Notes: generated by a model not told the origin, from the sequence alone. A stretch of DNA of 64,000 nucleotides from Escherichia coli (GCF_003334335.1 NZ_QOWQ01000015.1), one strand, 5' to 3'; positions 1 through 11,072 are shown, counted from the stretch's first letter. A program made the numbers and translations.

Positions 1-858
1 CTGCGCCGGAATGCGGGCGTGGCCCCAGGCATAGAAAAAGAATTGCAGATACCACATCAACCCGCCCAGTGTCGAGAGTAACACATTGTGAATGATCAGC
101 GATTTTGCCAGCGAGAAGTCGGCTTTTAGCGACAAATCCTTCACTTTTGCCAGACGAATAAAACAGAAACCGAGGTTAATGATCGCGCCGCCGCCCATGA
201 TGACAACATAGCTTGGCAGAGCGACATACAGTGGATCGACGCCAAGTGCGGCAGCGGCTTCATGCATCGGTTTTGCGGCGTTCATCGCAAAGGACATCCC
301 GGCAGAGAAAATGCCGCACATCACCGCCAGCACCAGCCCTTTTTTCAGATTGAACTCTTCGGCTTTAATGCCCATCTTGCGCTCTTTCAACTGCCCGGCG
401 CGAGTTACAATCCCTACGCCAATCAGCGCCACCAGAACGCCGAGCAACGTCATGCGTCCGCCTTCGGTGCTAATCAACACATCGAAATTGCCGTTGATAA
501 TTGGCGTCATCAGCGTACCGACAATCAACGTAATGCCAATGGCGATGCCAATTCCCATCGACATGCCGAGATAACGCATGGTCAGGCCGTAGTTGATATT
601 ACCGATCCCCCACATAGCGCCGAACAGAAAAACAGGCAGTAGCGTAGAGAGACTAAACGAGCTGTAATACGCCCAGAAATTCGGTAGTAACAGGGCGCTG
701 ATGGCCCACGGCAGAATAATCCACGAAACAATCCCACCGACTGACCACATGGTTTCCCATGACCATTTTTTTACTTTTTTGAACGGAGCGTAAAAACAGG
801 CTGCACTGGCCGCGCCGATCAAATGCCAAAATATCCCCATCGTAATCGCGTTACTCAT
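1..858 (-). CDS. rhaT: L-rhamnose:H+ symporter, 5' part (start codon at 858; 3' end lies beyond window start)
   Basis: Reverse complement of 841..858 encodes MSNAIT; reverse strand stays in frame to position 1 (..[20 protein letters not shown]). Identity from recalled RhaT N-terminus. Not in ORF track because no stop lies within the window. Confidence 0.85.
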   Translation of the reverse strand, partial: MSNAITMGIFWHLIGAASAACFYAPFKKVKKWSWETMWSVGGIVSWIILPWAISALLLPNFWAYYSSFSLSTLLPVFLFGAMWGIGNINYGLTMRYLGMSMGIGIAIGITLIVGTLMTPIINGNFDVLISTEGGRMTLLGVLVALIGVGIVTRAGQLKERKMGIKAEEFNLKKGLVLAVMCGIFSAGMSFAMNAAKPMHEAAAALGVDPLYVALPSYVVIMGGGAIINLGFCFIRLAKVKDLSLKADFSLAKSLIIHNVLLSTLGGLMWYLQFFFYAWGHARIPAQ

Positions 859-1049
859 CTTCTTATCCTCATCATTTTTCGTCGCGTCACATCTCCGACG
901 AGATGAGTGTAAAAATCGTGCTGTCGATTAACCTTTCGCCTGTTGCCGCCGTTGTCGATTTACTGGCAATCACGGCATTAAGTGGGTGATTTGCTTCACA
1001 TCTCGGGCATTTTCCTGCAAAACCATACCCTTACGAAAAGTACGGCATT

Positions 1050-1085
1050 GATAATCATTTTCAATATCATTTAATTAACTATAAT
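1050..1085 (+). promoter_or_regulatory. sodA promoter region with Fur-box-like AT-rich repeat and -10 TATAAT (1080..1085)
   Basis: GATAATCATTTTCAATATCATTTAATTAACTATAAT resembles Fur consensus GATAATGATAATCATTATC; sodA is known to be Fur-repressed. Confidence 0.5.
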
Positions 1086-1142
1086 GAACCAACTGCTTAC
1101 GCGGCATTAACAATCGGCCGCCCGACAATACTGGAGATGAAT

Positions 1143-1763
1143 ATGAGCTATACCCTGCCATCCCTGCCGTATGCTTACGATGCCCTGGAACCGCACTTCG
1201 ATAAGCAGACCATGGAAATCCACCACACCAAACACCATCAGACCTACGTAAACAACGCCAACGCGGCGCTGGAAAGCCTGCCAGAATTTGCCAACCTGCC
1301 GGTTGAAGAGCTGATCACCAAACTGGACCAGCTGCCAGCAGACAAGAAAACCGTACTGCGCAACAACGCTGGCGGTCACGCTAACCACAGCCTGTTCTGG
1401 AAAGGTCTGAAAAAAGGCACCACCCTGCAGGGTGACCTGAAAGCGGCTATCGAACGTGACTTCGGCTCCGTTGATAACTTCAAAGCAGAATTTGAAAAAG
1501 CGGCAGCTTCCCGCTTTGGTTCCGGCTGGGCATGGCTGGTGCTGAAAGGCGATAAACTGGCGGTGGTTTCTACTGCTAACCAGGATTCTCCGCTGATGGG
1601 TGAAGCTATTTCTGGCGCTTCCGGCTTCCCGATTATGGGCCTGGATGTGTGGGAACATGCTTACTACCTGAAATTCCAGAACCGCCGTCCGGACTACATT
1701 AAAGAGTTCTGGAACGTGGTGAACTGGGACGAAGCAGCGGCACGTTTTGCGGCGAAAAAATAA
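1143..1763 (+). CDS. sodA: Manganese superoxide dismutase
   Basis: ORF track 1137..1763; translation [32 protein letters not shown] matches Mn-SOD. Start set at second ATG (1143), giving 206 aa. Confidence 0.95.
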   Translation: MSYTLPSLPYAYDALEPHFDKQTMEIHHTKHHQTYVNNANAALESLPEFANLPVEELITKLDQLPADKKTVLRNNAGGHANHSLFWKGLKKGTTLQGDLKAAIERDFGSVDNFKAEFEKAAASRFGSGWAWLVLKGDKLAVVSTANQDSPLMGEAISGASGFPIMGLDVWEHAYYLKFQNRRPDYIKEFWNVVNWDEAAARFAAKK

Positions 1764-1820
1764 TCATTTGCCGCCTGCTGCAATGAGGCGTATAGGCCGC
1801 ATATCAGCTTAAAAAATGAA

Positions 1821-1847
1821 CCATCGCCAACGGCGGTGGTTTTTTTG
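1821..1847 (+). terminator. Rho-independent terminator of sodA
   Basis: CCATCGCCAACGGCGGTGG hairpin followed by TTTTTTT. Confidence 0.6.
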
Positions 1848-1884
1848 TGATCAATTCCAAAATAAAAACAATGATCCGATAAAA

Positions 1885-1903
1885 ATAAAACAGCGTTTCA
1901 ATT
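1885..1903 (+). promoter_or_regulatory. Putative KdgR-type operator upstream of kdgT
   Basis: ATAAAACAGCGTTTCAATT, near-palindromic AAAACA-N-GTTTCA resembling the KdgR box; pattern match only. Confidence 0.3.
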
Positions 1904-2022
1904 GATGTGGTTTTGATCACTTTTATTGATTAAATGAATGTCTATCTTCGTTTCCATCAACACTGATGCTCCATTGAGGAATTACGCATCAGCCCTTAAA
2001 AATATGCCGACAGGTGATGGAA

Positions 2023-3006
2023 ATGCAGATAAAACGCTCGATTGAGAAAATCCCGGGGGGGATGATGCTCGTCCCGCTATTCCTTGGCGCACTGTGCCAC
2101 ACCTTCTCGCCGGGGGCGGGGAAATATTTTGGATCATTCACCAACGGGATGATTACCGGTACGGTGCCCATTCTGGCGGTGTGGTTTTTTTGCATGGGGG
2201 CGTCAATAAAATTAAGCGCGACGGGAACGGTACTGCGTAAATCCGGTACGCTGGTGGTAACTAAAATTGCCGTCGCGTGGGTGGTTGCGGCAATTGCCTC
2301 GCGTATTATTCCGGAACATGGTGTTGAAGTTGGATTCTTTGCCGGACTTTCAACGCTGGCGCTGGTGGCGGCGATGGATATGACCAATGGCGGACTTTAC
2401 GCTTCCATCATGCAGCAGTACGGCACAAAAGAAGAAGCTGGGGCATTTGTGTTGATGTCGTTGGAGTCCGGGCCGCTCATGACGATGATTATTCTGGGCA
2501 CTGCCGGGATTGCCTCGTTTGAACCGCATGTTTTCGTCGGCGCAGTATTACCGTTCCTGGTGGGCTTTGCCCTGGGGAACCTTGACCCTGAATTGCGAGA
2601 ATTTTTCAGCAAAGCGGTGCAAACGCTGATTCCATTCTTTGCCTTCGCGCTGGGCAATACCATTGATTTGACTGTGATTGCCCAGACTGGTTTGCTGGGG
2701 ATCCTGTTGGGTGTGGCAGTAATTATCGTGACCGGTATTCCGTTGATTATCGCCGATAAATTGATTGGCGGTGGCGATGGCACTGCCGGAATTGCCGCTT
2801 CCAGTTCCGCAGGGGCCGCGGTAGCGACACCTGTGCTGATTGCAGAAATGGTGCCTGCGTTTAAACCGATGGCTCCGGCAGCAACTTCGCTGGTAGCGAC
2901 GGCGGTCATTGTGACTTCGATTCTGGTGCCAATTCTTACCTCTATCTGGTCACGTAAAGTCAAAGCCAGAGCAGCGAAAATCGAAATTTTAGGTACGGTG
3001 AAATAA
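2023..3006 (+). CDS. kdgT: 2-keto-3-deoxygluconate permease
   Basis: ORF track 2014..3006; start moved to ATG 2023 ([13 protein letters not shown]..), preceded by aggtga SD; 327 aa polytopic membrane protein. Confidence 0.9.
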
Positions 3007-3154
3007 ACCTGCTTCCTTAATCCCCACAGCCGGATGAACTAACGTTCGTCCGGTTTGCTATTGAGTTCCTGCCTGGATACTTACCGCGAAAACAGCACGC
3101 CTGACATAAAATAAATATGGTCTAATGGGGAAATTTCTCGTGGAGAGGGAACAG

Positions 3155-3829
3155 ATGCGATATCCGGTTGATGTATACACAGGCAAGATTCAGGCTTATC
3201 CCGAAGGCAAACCCAGCGCAATTGCTAAAATCCAGGTTGATGGTGAGTTGATGCTGACGGAGCTGGGGCTGGAAGGTGACGAGCAGGCGGAGAAAAAGGT
3301 TCACGGCGGGCCAGACAGAGCGCTGTGTCATTATCCTCGTGAGCATTATCTCTACTGGGCGCGGGAATTTCCGGAACAGGCGGAGTTGTTTGTTGCGCCT
3401 GCGTTTGGTGAAAACCTCTCAACCGACGGCCTGACGGAAAGTAATGTTTATATGGGCGATATTTTCCGCTGGGGAGAGGCATTAATTCAGGTCAGCCAGC
3501 CGCGCTCGCCTTGCTATAAACTCAATTACCATTTTGATATCAGCGATATAGCGCAGTTGATGCAAAACACAGGTAAGGTGGGGTGGTTGTATAGCGTGAT
3601 AGCGCCAGGGAAAGTGTCTGCGGACGCGCCGCTGGAGTTGGTTTCCCGTGTCAGCGATGTGACCGTGCAGGAGGCTGCCGCCATCGCATGGCATATGCCG
3701 TTTGATGACGATCAATATCACCGTTTACTCTCCGCTGCCGGGTTATCGAAAAGCTGGACGCGGACGATGCAAAAGCGCCGACTGAGCGGCAAGATCGAAG
3801 ATTTTTCCCGCCGGTTGTGGGGAAAATAA
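3155..3829 (+). CDS. yiiM: MOSC-domain protein (6-N-hydroxylaminopurine resistance)
   Basis: ORF track 3125..3829; start moved to ATG 3155 (MRYPVDVYTGK..) with ggagaggg SD; 224 aa. Confidence 0.88.
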   Translation: MRYPVDVYTGKIQAYPEGKPSAIAKIQVDGELMLTELGLEGDEQAEKKVHGGPDRALCHYPREHYLYWAREFPEQAELFVAPAFGENLSTDGLTESNVYMGDIFRWGEALIQVSQPRSPCYKLNYHFDISDIAQLMQNTGKVGWLYSVIAPGKVSADAPLELVSRVSDVTVQEAAAIAWHMPFDDDQYHRLLSAAGLSKSWTRTMQKRRLSGKIEDFSRRLWGK

Positions 3830-3843
3830 CCCCCGGAGTGTAG

Positions 3844-3923
3844 GCCTGATAAGACGCTATCAGCGTCGCATCAGGCATCCTGCTCAAATGCCGGATGCGG
3901 CGTAAACGCCTTATCCTGCCTGC
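3844..3923. repeat. REP/BIME palindromic element pair (yiiM-cpxA intergenic)
   Basis: GCCTGATAAGACGCTATCAGCGTCGCATCAGGC and GCCGGATGCGGCGTAAACGCCTTATCC.. imperfect palindromes of REP type. Confidence 0.8.
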
Positions 3924-3934
3924 AAATGCGAAGT

Positions 3935-5308
3935 TTAACTCCGCTTATACAGCGGCAACCAAATCACCAGCCGTAAACCGCCCAGCGGGCTGTCTTCTGC
4001 CTTCACCCAGCCACGATGCTGCTGAATGGCGGTTTCAACAATCGCCAGCCCCAAACCTGTACCGCCAGATTCACGATCGCGTGCTTCATCGGTACGATAG
4101 AACGGACGGAAAATCTGTTCGCGATCTTCCGGGCTAACGCCAGGACCATCGTCGTCCACCGTAATGGTGATACCGTCTTTATCTACCGCAAAGCCCACTT
4201 CAATCTTCGTATGGGAATAACGCAGAGCATTACGAACAATGTTTTCCAGCGCACTTTCCAGGGCGTTCGGATTGCCGTACAGCGGCCACGGCCCAGGCGG
4301 GAAGTTAACTGTCAACGACTTGCCCATTTGCTCGGCTTCGAACGCCGCGTTATCCAGCACTTCACTCCACAACTGGTTGGCTTTGATGGTTTCGCTAACC
4401 AGCGCGTTTTTTTGCTGATTACGTGACATCACCAACAGATCGTTGATCATGCTGTCCAGACGTTGCGCTTCGGTTTCAATACGCTCCAGTTCCTTGCTTT
4501 CACCGCTACGACGGCGCAGTAACGCCGTACCCAGTTGCAGACGCGTCAGCGGGGTGCGCAGCTCGTGAGAGATATCAGAAAGCAGACGCTGCTGAGAGGT
4601 CATCATGCGCTCCAGCGCGGTGACCATCTGGTTAAAACTGGCACCTGCGGCAAGGAATTCCTGTGGCCCCGCTTCCAGTTCCGGGTGCTGGCGTAAGTTT
4701 CCCTGGGCAACTTCATCGGCAGCGTTTTTCAGCTTACGCGCCGGTTTTGCCAGACTCCAGGCCAACCACAACAGCAGCGGCGTACTGACCAACATGGTGA
4801 CAATCAGCAGTAATAGCGGGCGGTCAAACAGTAAGTTAATGAAATCGGATTGAGAACTGCTGGCCGGACGAATCAGATAAAGTTGGTAATTATCTTCGCC
4901 ATCACGCACGGAGAACGGACCGACCAGTTCCACGCGGCCATACTTTTTCTTCTGCGGATGATCGGCGTTATCGGCCTGACCAATAAAGTTACGAATGATC
5001 TGCATTTCGCTGCGTTCAGCGCCGATCACGCGGCCTTCGGTGGTCACCAATAACAAACGCTGTCCTGGCGGTGCCCACTTATCAATCGCCCGGAACAGAC
5101 GCCGCCACCACATTAAATCGTTGGGCGGATCGTTCGCCAGCTCCGCTTCGACATGCTGCTCAATCATCAGCCCCTGACGCTGTTCGCTATCCAGAAGCTC
5201 GGTCATCTGGCGTGAATCGAGCTTGGGTAACATCAAAACCAACATCAACACCAGCGCCAGCGTCAGCCAGAAGATGGCGAAGATGCGCGCGGTTAAGCTG
5301 CCTATCAT
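3935..5308 (-). CDS. cpxA: Envelope-stress sensor histidine kinase CpxA
   Basis: ORF track 457 aa, MIGSLTARIFAIFWLTLALVLM..; HisKA H-box region SDISHELRTPLTRL visible; overlaps cpxR stop by 4 nt. Confidence 0.95.
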   Translation of the reverse strand: MIGSLTARIFAIFWLTLALVLMLVLMLPKLDSRQMTELLDSEQRQGLMIEQHVEAELANDPPNDLMWWRRLFRAIDKWAPPGQRLLLVTTEGRVIGAERSEMQIIRNFIGQADNADHPQKKKYGRVELVGPFSVRDGEDNYQLYLIRPASSSQSDFINLLFDRPLLLLIVTMLVSTPLLLWLAWSLAKPARKLKNAADEVAQGNLRQHPELEAGPQEFLAAGASFNQMVTALERMMTSQQRLLSDISHELRTPLTRLQLGTALLRRRSGESKELERIETEAQRLDSMINDLLVMSRNQQKNALVSETIKANQLWSEVLDNAAFEAEQMGKSLTVNFPPGPWPLYGNPNALESALENIVRNALRYSHTKIEVGFAVDKDGITITVDDDGPGVSPEDREQIFRPFYRTDEARDRESGGTGLGLAIVETAIQQHRGWVKAEDSPLGGLRLVIWLPLYKRS

Positions 5309-6003
5309 GAAGCAGAAACCATCAGATAGCCGCGACCACGCAAGGTTTTAAACCACGGGTGACCATCTTTACGATCCGGCAGTTTACGACGCAGGTTGGA
5401 AATGTGCATATCAATAGCGCGGTCGAAAGGCGTCAGGCGTTTGCCCAACACTTCCTGGCTTAAATGTTCACGGGAAACCACCTGACCCAGATGCTGTGCC
5501 AGCAAATAGAGCAGGGTAAACTCAGTACCGGTTAACTCCAGCGTTTGCCCGTCGAAGCTGGCTTCCTGACGGCCTGGATTCAGCACTAAGGCATCAACTT
5601 CCAGTGTCGGTGAACCGTTGTCGTTGTTTTGCTGTTGCTCGCTCCAGTGCGAACGGCGCAGGATCGCGCGAATACGTGCCACCAGCTCACGATCATTAAA
5701 CGGTTTCGGGAGATAGTCATCTGCGCCCAGCTCAAGGCCGAGAACGCGATCAAGTTCACTGCCGCGCGCCGTCAACATAATGACAGGCGTCTGGTGTGTC
5801 TGGCGAAGTGCTTTTAATGTGTCGATACCATTTTTCTTCGGCATCATTACGTCAAGCAAAAGTAAATCAATGCTGTCGTCCAGAAGATCAAGCGCCTGTT
5901 CCCCATCGTGGGCAACAATCACGTTGAAGCCTTCCATCTCGAGCAGCTCCTTTAATAGGGAAGTCAGCTCTCGGTCATCATCAACTAACAGGATTTTATT
6001 CAT
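5305..6003 (-). CDS. cpxR: Response regulator CpxR (OmpR family)
   Basis: ORF track 232 aa, MNKILLVDDDRELTSLLKELL..; receiver domain plus winged-helix C-terminus. Confidence 0.95.
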   Translation of the reverse strand: MNKILLVDDDRELTSLLKELLEMEGFNVIVAHDGEQALDLLDDSIDLLLLDVMMPKKNGIDTLKALRQTHQTPVIMLTARGSELDRVLGLELGADDYLPKPFNDRELVARIRAILRRSHWSEQQQNNDNGSPTLEVDALVLNPGRQEASFDGQTLELTGTEFTLLYLLAQHLGQVVSREHLSQEVLGKRLTPFDRAIDMHISNLRRKLPDRKDGHPWFKTLRGRGYLMVSAS

Positions 6004-6058
6004 TGTTTAAATACCTCCGAGGCAGAAATTACGTCATCAGACGTCGCTAATCCATGAC

Positions 6059-6073
6059 TTTACGTTGTTTTAC
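6059..6073 (-). promoter_or_regulatory. CpxR-P box (GTAAA-N5-GTAAA) in the cpxP / cpxRA divergent control region
   Basis: Reverse complement of 6059..6073 is GTAAAACAACGTAAA, an exact tandem-pentamer CpxR consensus; another GTAAA half-site at 6105..6109. Confidence 0.65.
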
Positions 6074-6152
6074 ACCCCCTGACGCATGTTTGCAGCCTGA
6101 ATCGTAAACTCTCTATCGTTGAATCGCGACAGAAAGATTTTGGGAGCAAATG

Positions 6153-6653
6153 ATGCGCATAGTTACCGCTGCCGTCATGGCCTCAACGCTGGCAGTCAGT
6201 TCATTAAGCCACGCTGCTGAAGTCGGTTCAGGCGATAACTGGCATCCGGGTGAAGAACTTACGCAGCGCAGTACGCAGAGCCATATGTTCGACGGCATAA
6301 GTTTAACCGAACATCAGCGTCAGCAGATGCGAGATCTTATGCAACAGGCCCGGCACGAACAGCCTCCTGTTAATGTTAGCGAACTGGAGACAATGCATCG
6401 CCTTGTCACCGCAGAAAATTTTGATGAAAACGCTGTGCGCGCACAGGCAGAAAAAATGGCGAATGAGCAAATTGCTCGTCAGGTTGAGATGGCAAAAGTC
6501 CGCAACCAAATGTATCGCCTGTTAACGCCGGAGCAGCAAGCGGTTTTAAACGAGAAACATCAACAACGAATGGAGCAGTTGCGTGACGTGACGCAATGGC
6601 AAAAAAGTTCATCGTTGAAGCTATTGAGTAGTAGCAACTCACGTTCCCAGTAG
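6153..6653 (+). CDS. cpxP: Periplasmic Cpx-pathway inhibitor/chaperone CpxP
   Basis: ORF track 6150..6653; start at second ATG gives 166 aa ([21 protein letters not shown] signal peptide); divergent from cpxRA. Confidence 0.92.
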
Positions 6654-6662
6654 TAAACCCTG

Positions 6663-6720
6663 TTTTCCTTGCCATAGACACCATCCCTGTCTTCCCCCAC
6701 ATGCTGTGGGGGTTTTTTTT
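6663..6720 (+). ncRNA. cpxQ: CpxQ, 3'UTR-derived sRNA processed from the cpxP mRNA
   Basis: cpxP 3' UTR TTTTCCTTGCCATAGACACCATCCCTGTCTTCCCCCACATGCTGTGGGGGTTTTTTTT ends in the cpxP terminator; identity from recalled literature, boundaries approximate. Confidence 0.55.
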
Positions 6721-6721
6721 A
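6694..6721 (+). terminator. Rho-independent terminator of cpxP (3' end of CpxQ)
   Basis: CCCCCACATGCTGTGGGGG hairpin followed by eight T. Confidence 0.7.
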
Positions 6722-6801
6722 TCCTCAATTTGCCTGCTGCTTAATGCATTGCAGATGATTTGCTTCCGTTATACTAGCGTCAGTTGATAGCGGGAGTATT
6801 T

Positions 6802-7704
6802 ATGAATCAATCTTATGGACGGCTGGTCAGTCGGGCGGCGATTGCTGCGACGGCGATGGCTTCGCTGCTATTGCTGATTAAAATTTTTGCATGGTGGTAT
6901 ACCGGGTCGGTGAGTATTCTCGCCGCGCTGGTGGATTCGCTGGTGGATATCGGCGCGTCGTTGACGAATTTATTGGTGGTGCGATATTCCCTGCAACCTG
7001 CCGACGATAATCACTCGTTTGGTCACGGTAAAGCTGAGTCCCTCGCGGCGCTGGCGCAAAGTATGTTTATCTCCGGTTCGGCACTATTCCTGTTTTTGAC
7101 GGGTATTCAACATCTGATATCTCCAACACCGATGACAGATCCAGGCGTCGGGGTTATCGTGACAATTGTGGCGCTAATTTGTACGATTATCCTTGTCTCG
7201 TTTCAGCGTTGGGTGGTGCGGCGGACGCAAAGCCAGGCGGTGCGGGCTGATATGCTACATTACCAGTCTGATGTTATGATGAACGGCGCAATTCTGCTGG
7301 CGCTGGGGTTGTCCTGGTACGGCTGGCATCGCGCCGATGCTCTGTTTGCATTGGGAATCGGCATCTATATTTTATATAGCGCGTTACGCATGGGATATGA
7401 GGCGGTACAGTCATTACTGGATCGCGCATTGCCTGATGAGGAACGGCAAGAAATTATTGATATCGTGACTTCCTGGCCGGGTGTTAGCGGCGCTCACGAT
7501 CTTCGCACGCGGCAGTCAGGGCCGACCCGCTTTATTCAGATTCATTTGGAAATGGAAGACTCTCTGCCTTTGGTTCAGGCACATATGGTGGCGGATCAGG
7601 TAGAGCAGGCTATTTTACGGCGTTTTCCGGGATCGGATGTAATTATCCATCAGGACCCCTGTTCCGTCGTACCCAGGGAGGGTAAACGGTCTATGCTTTC
7701 ATAA
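6802..7704 (+). CDS. fieF: Cation diffusion facilitator Fe/Zn efflux pump FieF (YiiP)
   Basis: ORF track 6784..7704; start moved to ATG 6802 ([13 protein letters not shown]..), 300 aa, gggag SD upstream. Confidence 0.92.
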
Positions 7705-7884
7705 TCAGTATAAAAGAGAGCCAGACCCGCATTTTGTGTATAAAATACCGCCATTTGGCCTGACCTGAATCAATTCAGCAGGAAGTGATTGTTATACTAT
7801 TTGCACATTCGTTGGATCACTTCGATGTGCAAGAAGACTTCCGGCAACAGATTTCATTTTGCATTCCAAAGTTCAGAGGTAGTC

Positions 7885-8847
7885 ATGATTAAGAAAATCG
7901 GTGTGTTGACAAGCGGCGGTGATGCGCCAGGCATGAACGCCGCAATTCGCGGGGTTGTTCGTTCTGCGCTGACAGAAGGTCTGGAAGTAATGGGTATTTA
8001 TGACGGCTATCTGGGTCTGTATGAAGACCGTATGGTACAGCTAGACCGTTACAGCGTGTCTGACATGATCAACCGTGGCGGTACGTTCCTCGGTTCTGCG
8101 CGTTTCCCGGAATTCCGCGACGAGAACATCCGCGCCGTGGCTATCGAAAACCTGAAAAAACGTGGTATCGACGCGCTGGTGGTTATCGGCGGTGACGGTT
8201 CCTACATGGGTGCAATGCGTCTGACCGAAATGGGCTTCCCGTGCATCGGTCTGCCGGGCACTATCGACAACGACATCAAAGGCACTGACTACACTATCGG
8301 TTTCTTCACTGCGCTGAGCACCGTTGTAGAAGCGATCGACCGTCTGCGTGACACCTCTTCTTCTCACCAGCGTATTTCCGTGGTGGAAGTGATGGGCCGT
8401 TATTGTGGAGATCTGACGTTGGCTGCGGCCATTGCCGGTGGCTGTGAATTCGTTGTGGTTCCGGAAGTTGAATTCAGCCGTGAAGACCTGGTAAACGAAA
8501 TCAAAGCGGGTATCGCGAAAGGTAAAAAACACGCGATCGTGGCGATTACCGAACATATGTGTGATGTTGACGAACTGGCGCATTTCATCGAGAAAGAAAC
8601 CGGTCGTGAAACCCGCGCAACTGTGCTGGGCCACATCCAGCGCGGTGGTTCTCCGGTGCCTTACGACCGTATTCTGGCTTCCCGTATGGGCGCTTACGCT
8701 ATCGATCTGCTGCTGGCAGGTTACGGCGGTCGTTGTGTAGGTATCCAGAACGAACAGCTGGTTCACCACGACATCATCGACGCTATCGAAAACATGAAGC
8801 GTCCGTTCAAAGGTGACTGGCTGGACTGCGCGAAAAAACTGTATTAA
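7885..8847 (+). CDS. pfkA: 6-phosphofructokinase I
   Basis: ORF track 7789..8847 over-extended; true start ATG 7885 ([23 protein letters not shown]..) with gaggt SD; 320 aa. Confidence 0.96.
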
Positions 8848-8902
8848 TGATTTCGGAAAAAGGCAGATTCCTTTACCCTGAAACCGATGACAGAAGCAAA
8901 AA

Positions 8903-9003
8903 TGCCTGATGCGCTTCGCTTATCAGGCCTACATGAATTCTGCAATTTATTGAATTTGCAAACTTTTGTAGGCCGGATAAGGCGTTCGCGCCGCATCCGG
9001 CAT
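8903..9003. repeat. BIME (two inverted REPs with central linker), pfkA-sbp intergenic
   Basis: GCCTGATGCGCTTCGCTTATCAGGCCTAC ... GTAGGCCGGATAAGGCGTTCGCGCCGCATCCGGCA. Confidence 0.85.
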
Positions 9004-9166
9004 GGACAAAGCGCACTTTGTCAGCAATATGAGGCGGATTTCTTCCGCCTTTTTAATCCCTCAACATATACCCGCAAGTTATAGCCAATCTTTTTTTATT
9101 CTTTAATGTTTGGTTAACCTTCTGGCACGCTTTGCTCATCACAACACAACATAAGAGAGTCGGGCG

Positions 9167-10156
9167 ATGAACAAGTGGGGCGTAGGGTTAACATTTTTGC
9201 TGGCGGCAACCAGCGTTATGGCAAAGGATATTCAGCTTCTTAACGTTTCATATGATCCAACGCGCGAATTGTACGAACAGTACAACAAGGCATTCAGCGC
9301 CCACTGGAAACAGCAAACTGGTGATAACGTGGTGATTCGTCAGTCACACGGTGGCTCAGGTAAACAAGCGACGTCGGTAATCAACGGTATTGAAGCTGAT
9401 GTTGTCACGCTGGCTCTGGCCTATGACGTGGACGCAATTGCGGAACGCGGGCGGATTGATAAAGAGTGGATCAAACGTCTGCCGGATAACTCCGCACCGT
9501 ACACTTCCACCATTGTTTTCCTGGTACGTAAGGGAAATCCGAAGCAGATCCATGACTGGAACGATCTGATTAAACCGGGTGTTTCGGTGATCACGCCTAA
9601 TCCGAAAAGCTCTGGTGGCGCGCGCTGGAACTACCTGGCAGCCTGGGGCTACGCGCTGCATCACAACAACAACGATCAGGCAAAAGCACAGGATTTTGTT
9701 CGGGCACTGTATAAAAACGTCGAAGTTCTGGATTCTGGCGCGCGTGGCTCCACTAACACTTTTGTCGAGCGCGGAATTGGCGATGTACTGATTGCCTGGG
9801 AAAACGAAGCTCTGCTGGCAGCGAATGAACTGGGGAAAGATAAATTCGAAATCGTCACGCCGAGTGAGTCTATCCTCGCAGAGCCAACCGTGTCGGTGGT
9901 CGATAAAGTGGTCGAGAAAAAAGGTACTAAAGAGGTGGCGGAAGCCTACCTGAAATATCTCTACTCGCCAGAAGGTCAGGAAATTGCCGCGAAAAACTAC
10001 TACCGTCCGCGCGACGCTGAGGTGGCGAAAAAGTACGAAAATGCGTTTCCAAAGCTGAAGTTATTCACCATTGATGAAGAGTTCGGCGGCTGGACGAAAG
10101 CGCAAAAAGAGCATTTTGCTAACGGCGGTACGTTCGATCAGATCAGCAAACGCTGA
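9167..10156 (+). CDS. sbp: Periplasmic sulfate-binding protein
   Basis: ORF track 329 aa with signal peptide [19 protein letters not shown]; recognised as Sbp. Confidence 0.93.
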
Positions 10157-10176
10157 TTTCCCCAGGATAATTATCA

Positions 10177-10209
10177 AACCCGGTGGTTTCTCGCGACCGG
10201 GTTTTTTAT
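10177..10209 (+). terminator. Rho-independent terminator of sbp
   Basis: AAACCCGGTGGTTTCTCGCGACCGGGTTTTTTATTT. Confidence 0.6.
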
Positions 10210-10262
10210 TTGTCACGATTTTGCGTTACCCTTGCATCTCTTTGAGGTACAGGGAAAAAAAG

Positions 10263-11018
10263 ATGAAAAAAGCGGGTCTTCTTTTTTTGGTGATGATAGT
10301 TATCGCCGTTGTGGCTGCCGGTATTGGTTACTGGAAATTAACCGGTGAAGAGTCGGATACATTACGTAAGATTGTCCTTGAGGAATGTTTGCCCAATCAG
10401 CAGCAAAATCAAAATCCTTCGCCATGTGCGGAAGTCAAACCCAATGCCGGATACGTGGTTTTAAAAGATCTTAATGGCCCACTGCAATATCTGTTGATGC
10501 CAACGTATCGTATTAACGGTACTGAAAGTCCTTTGTTGACCGATCCTTCAACGCCGAACTTCTTTTGGTTGGCTTGGCAGGCGCGTGATTTTATGAGCAA
10601 AAAATACGGCCAGCCGGTTCCCGATCGCGCGGTTTCTTTGGCGATCAACTCCCGCACCGGGCGTACGCAAAACCATTTTCATATTCATATCTCTTGTATT
10701 CGTCCTGATGTGCGCAAACAGCTGGATAACAATCTGGCGAACATCAGCAGCCGCTGGTTGCCACTGCCAGGTGGTTTGCGCGGGCATGAATACCTGGCGC
10801 GTCGGGTAACGGAAAGCGAACTGGTACAACGCAGCCCATTTATGATGCTGGCAGAAGAAGTACCTGAGGCGCGGGAACATATGGGACGCTACGGGCTGGC
10901 GATGGTACGGCAGAGTGATAACTCATTTGTATTGCTGGCGACACAACGAAATCTACTGACGCTTAACCGTGCTTCAGCCGAGGAAATTCAGGATCATCAG
11001 TGTGAGATTTTGCGTTAA
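10263..11018 (+). CDS. cdh: CDP-diacylglycerol pyrophosphatase
   Basis: ORF track 10071..11018 over-extended; start moved to ATG 10263 ([17 protein letters not shown]..), 251 aa. Confidence 0.9.
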
Positions 11019-11040
11019 GGCGAAGAGTTAAGGAAAGTAA

Positions 11041-11063
11041 GTGCCGGATATGAAATCCGGCAC
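11041..11063. terminator. Shared hairpin between convergent cdh and tpiA
   Basis: GTGCCGGATATGAAATCCGGCAC perfect 9 bp stem; no strong T-run, so likely weak or bidirectional. Confidence 0.45.
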
Positions 11064-11072
11064 CTGTCAGAC

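Noticed and set aside
8041-8769. Long antisense ORFs inside well-supported genes (e.g. 8041..8769 in pfkA, 11229..11828 in tpiA, 16056..16709 in glpK, 21112..22107 in hslU, 25103..25870 in priA, 1107..1658 in sodA)
   Set aside because: Each lies wholly on the opposite strand of a gene whose translation matches a known protein end to end; they lack SD sequences and are typical stop-poor shadow frames of GC-rich coding DNA.
8887-9084. Small ORFs spanning REP/BIME elements (8887..9084, 28118..28336, 38127..38876, 48696..48890, 3895..4137)
   Set aside because: Their translations contain the stereotyped REP-derived peptide (..VGRIRRSRRIRH.. / ..RRERLIRPT..), the signature of palindromic repeats rather than genes.
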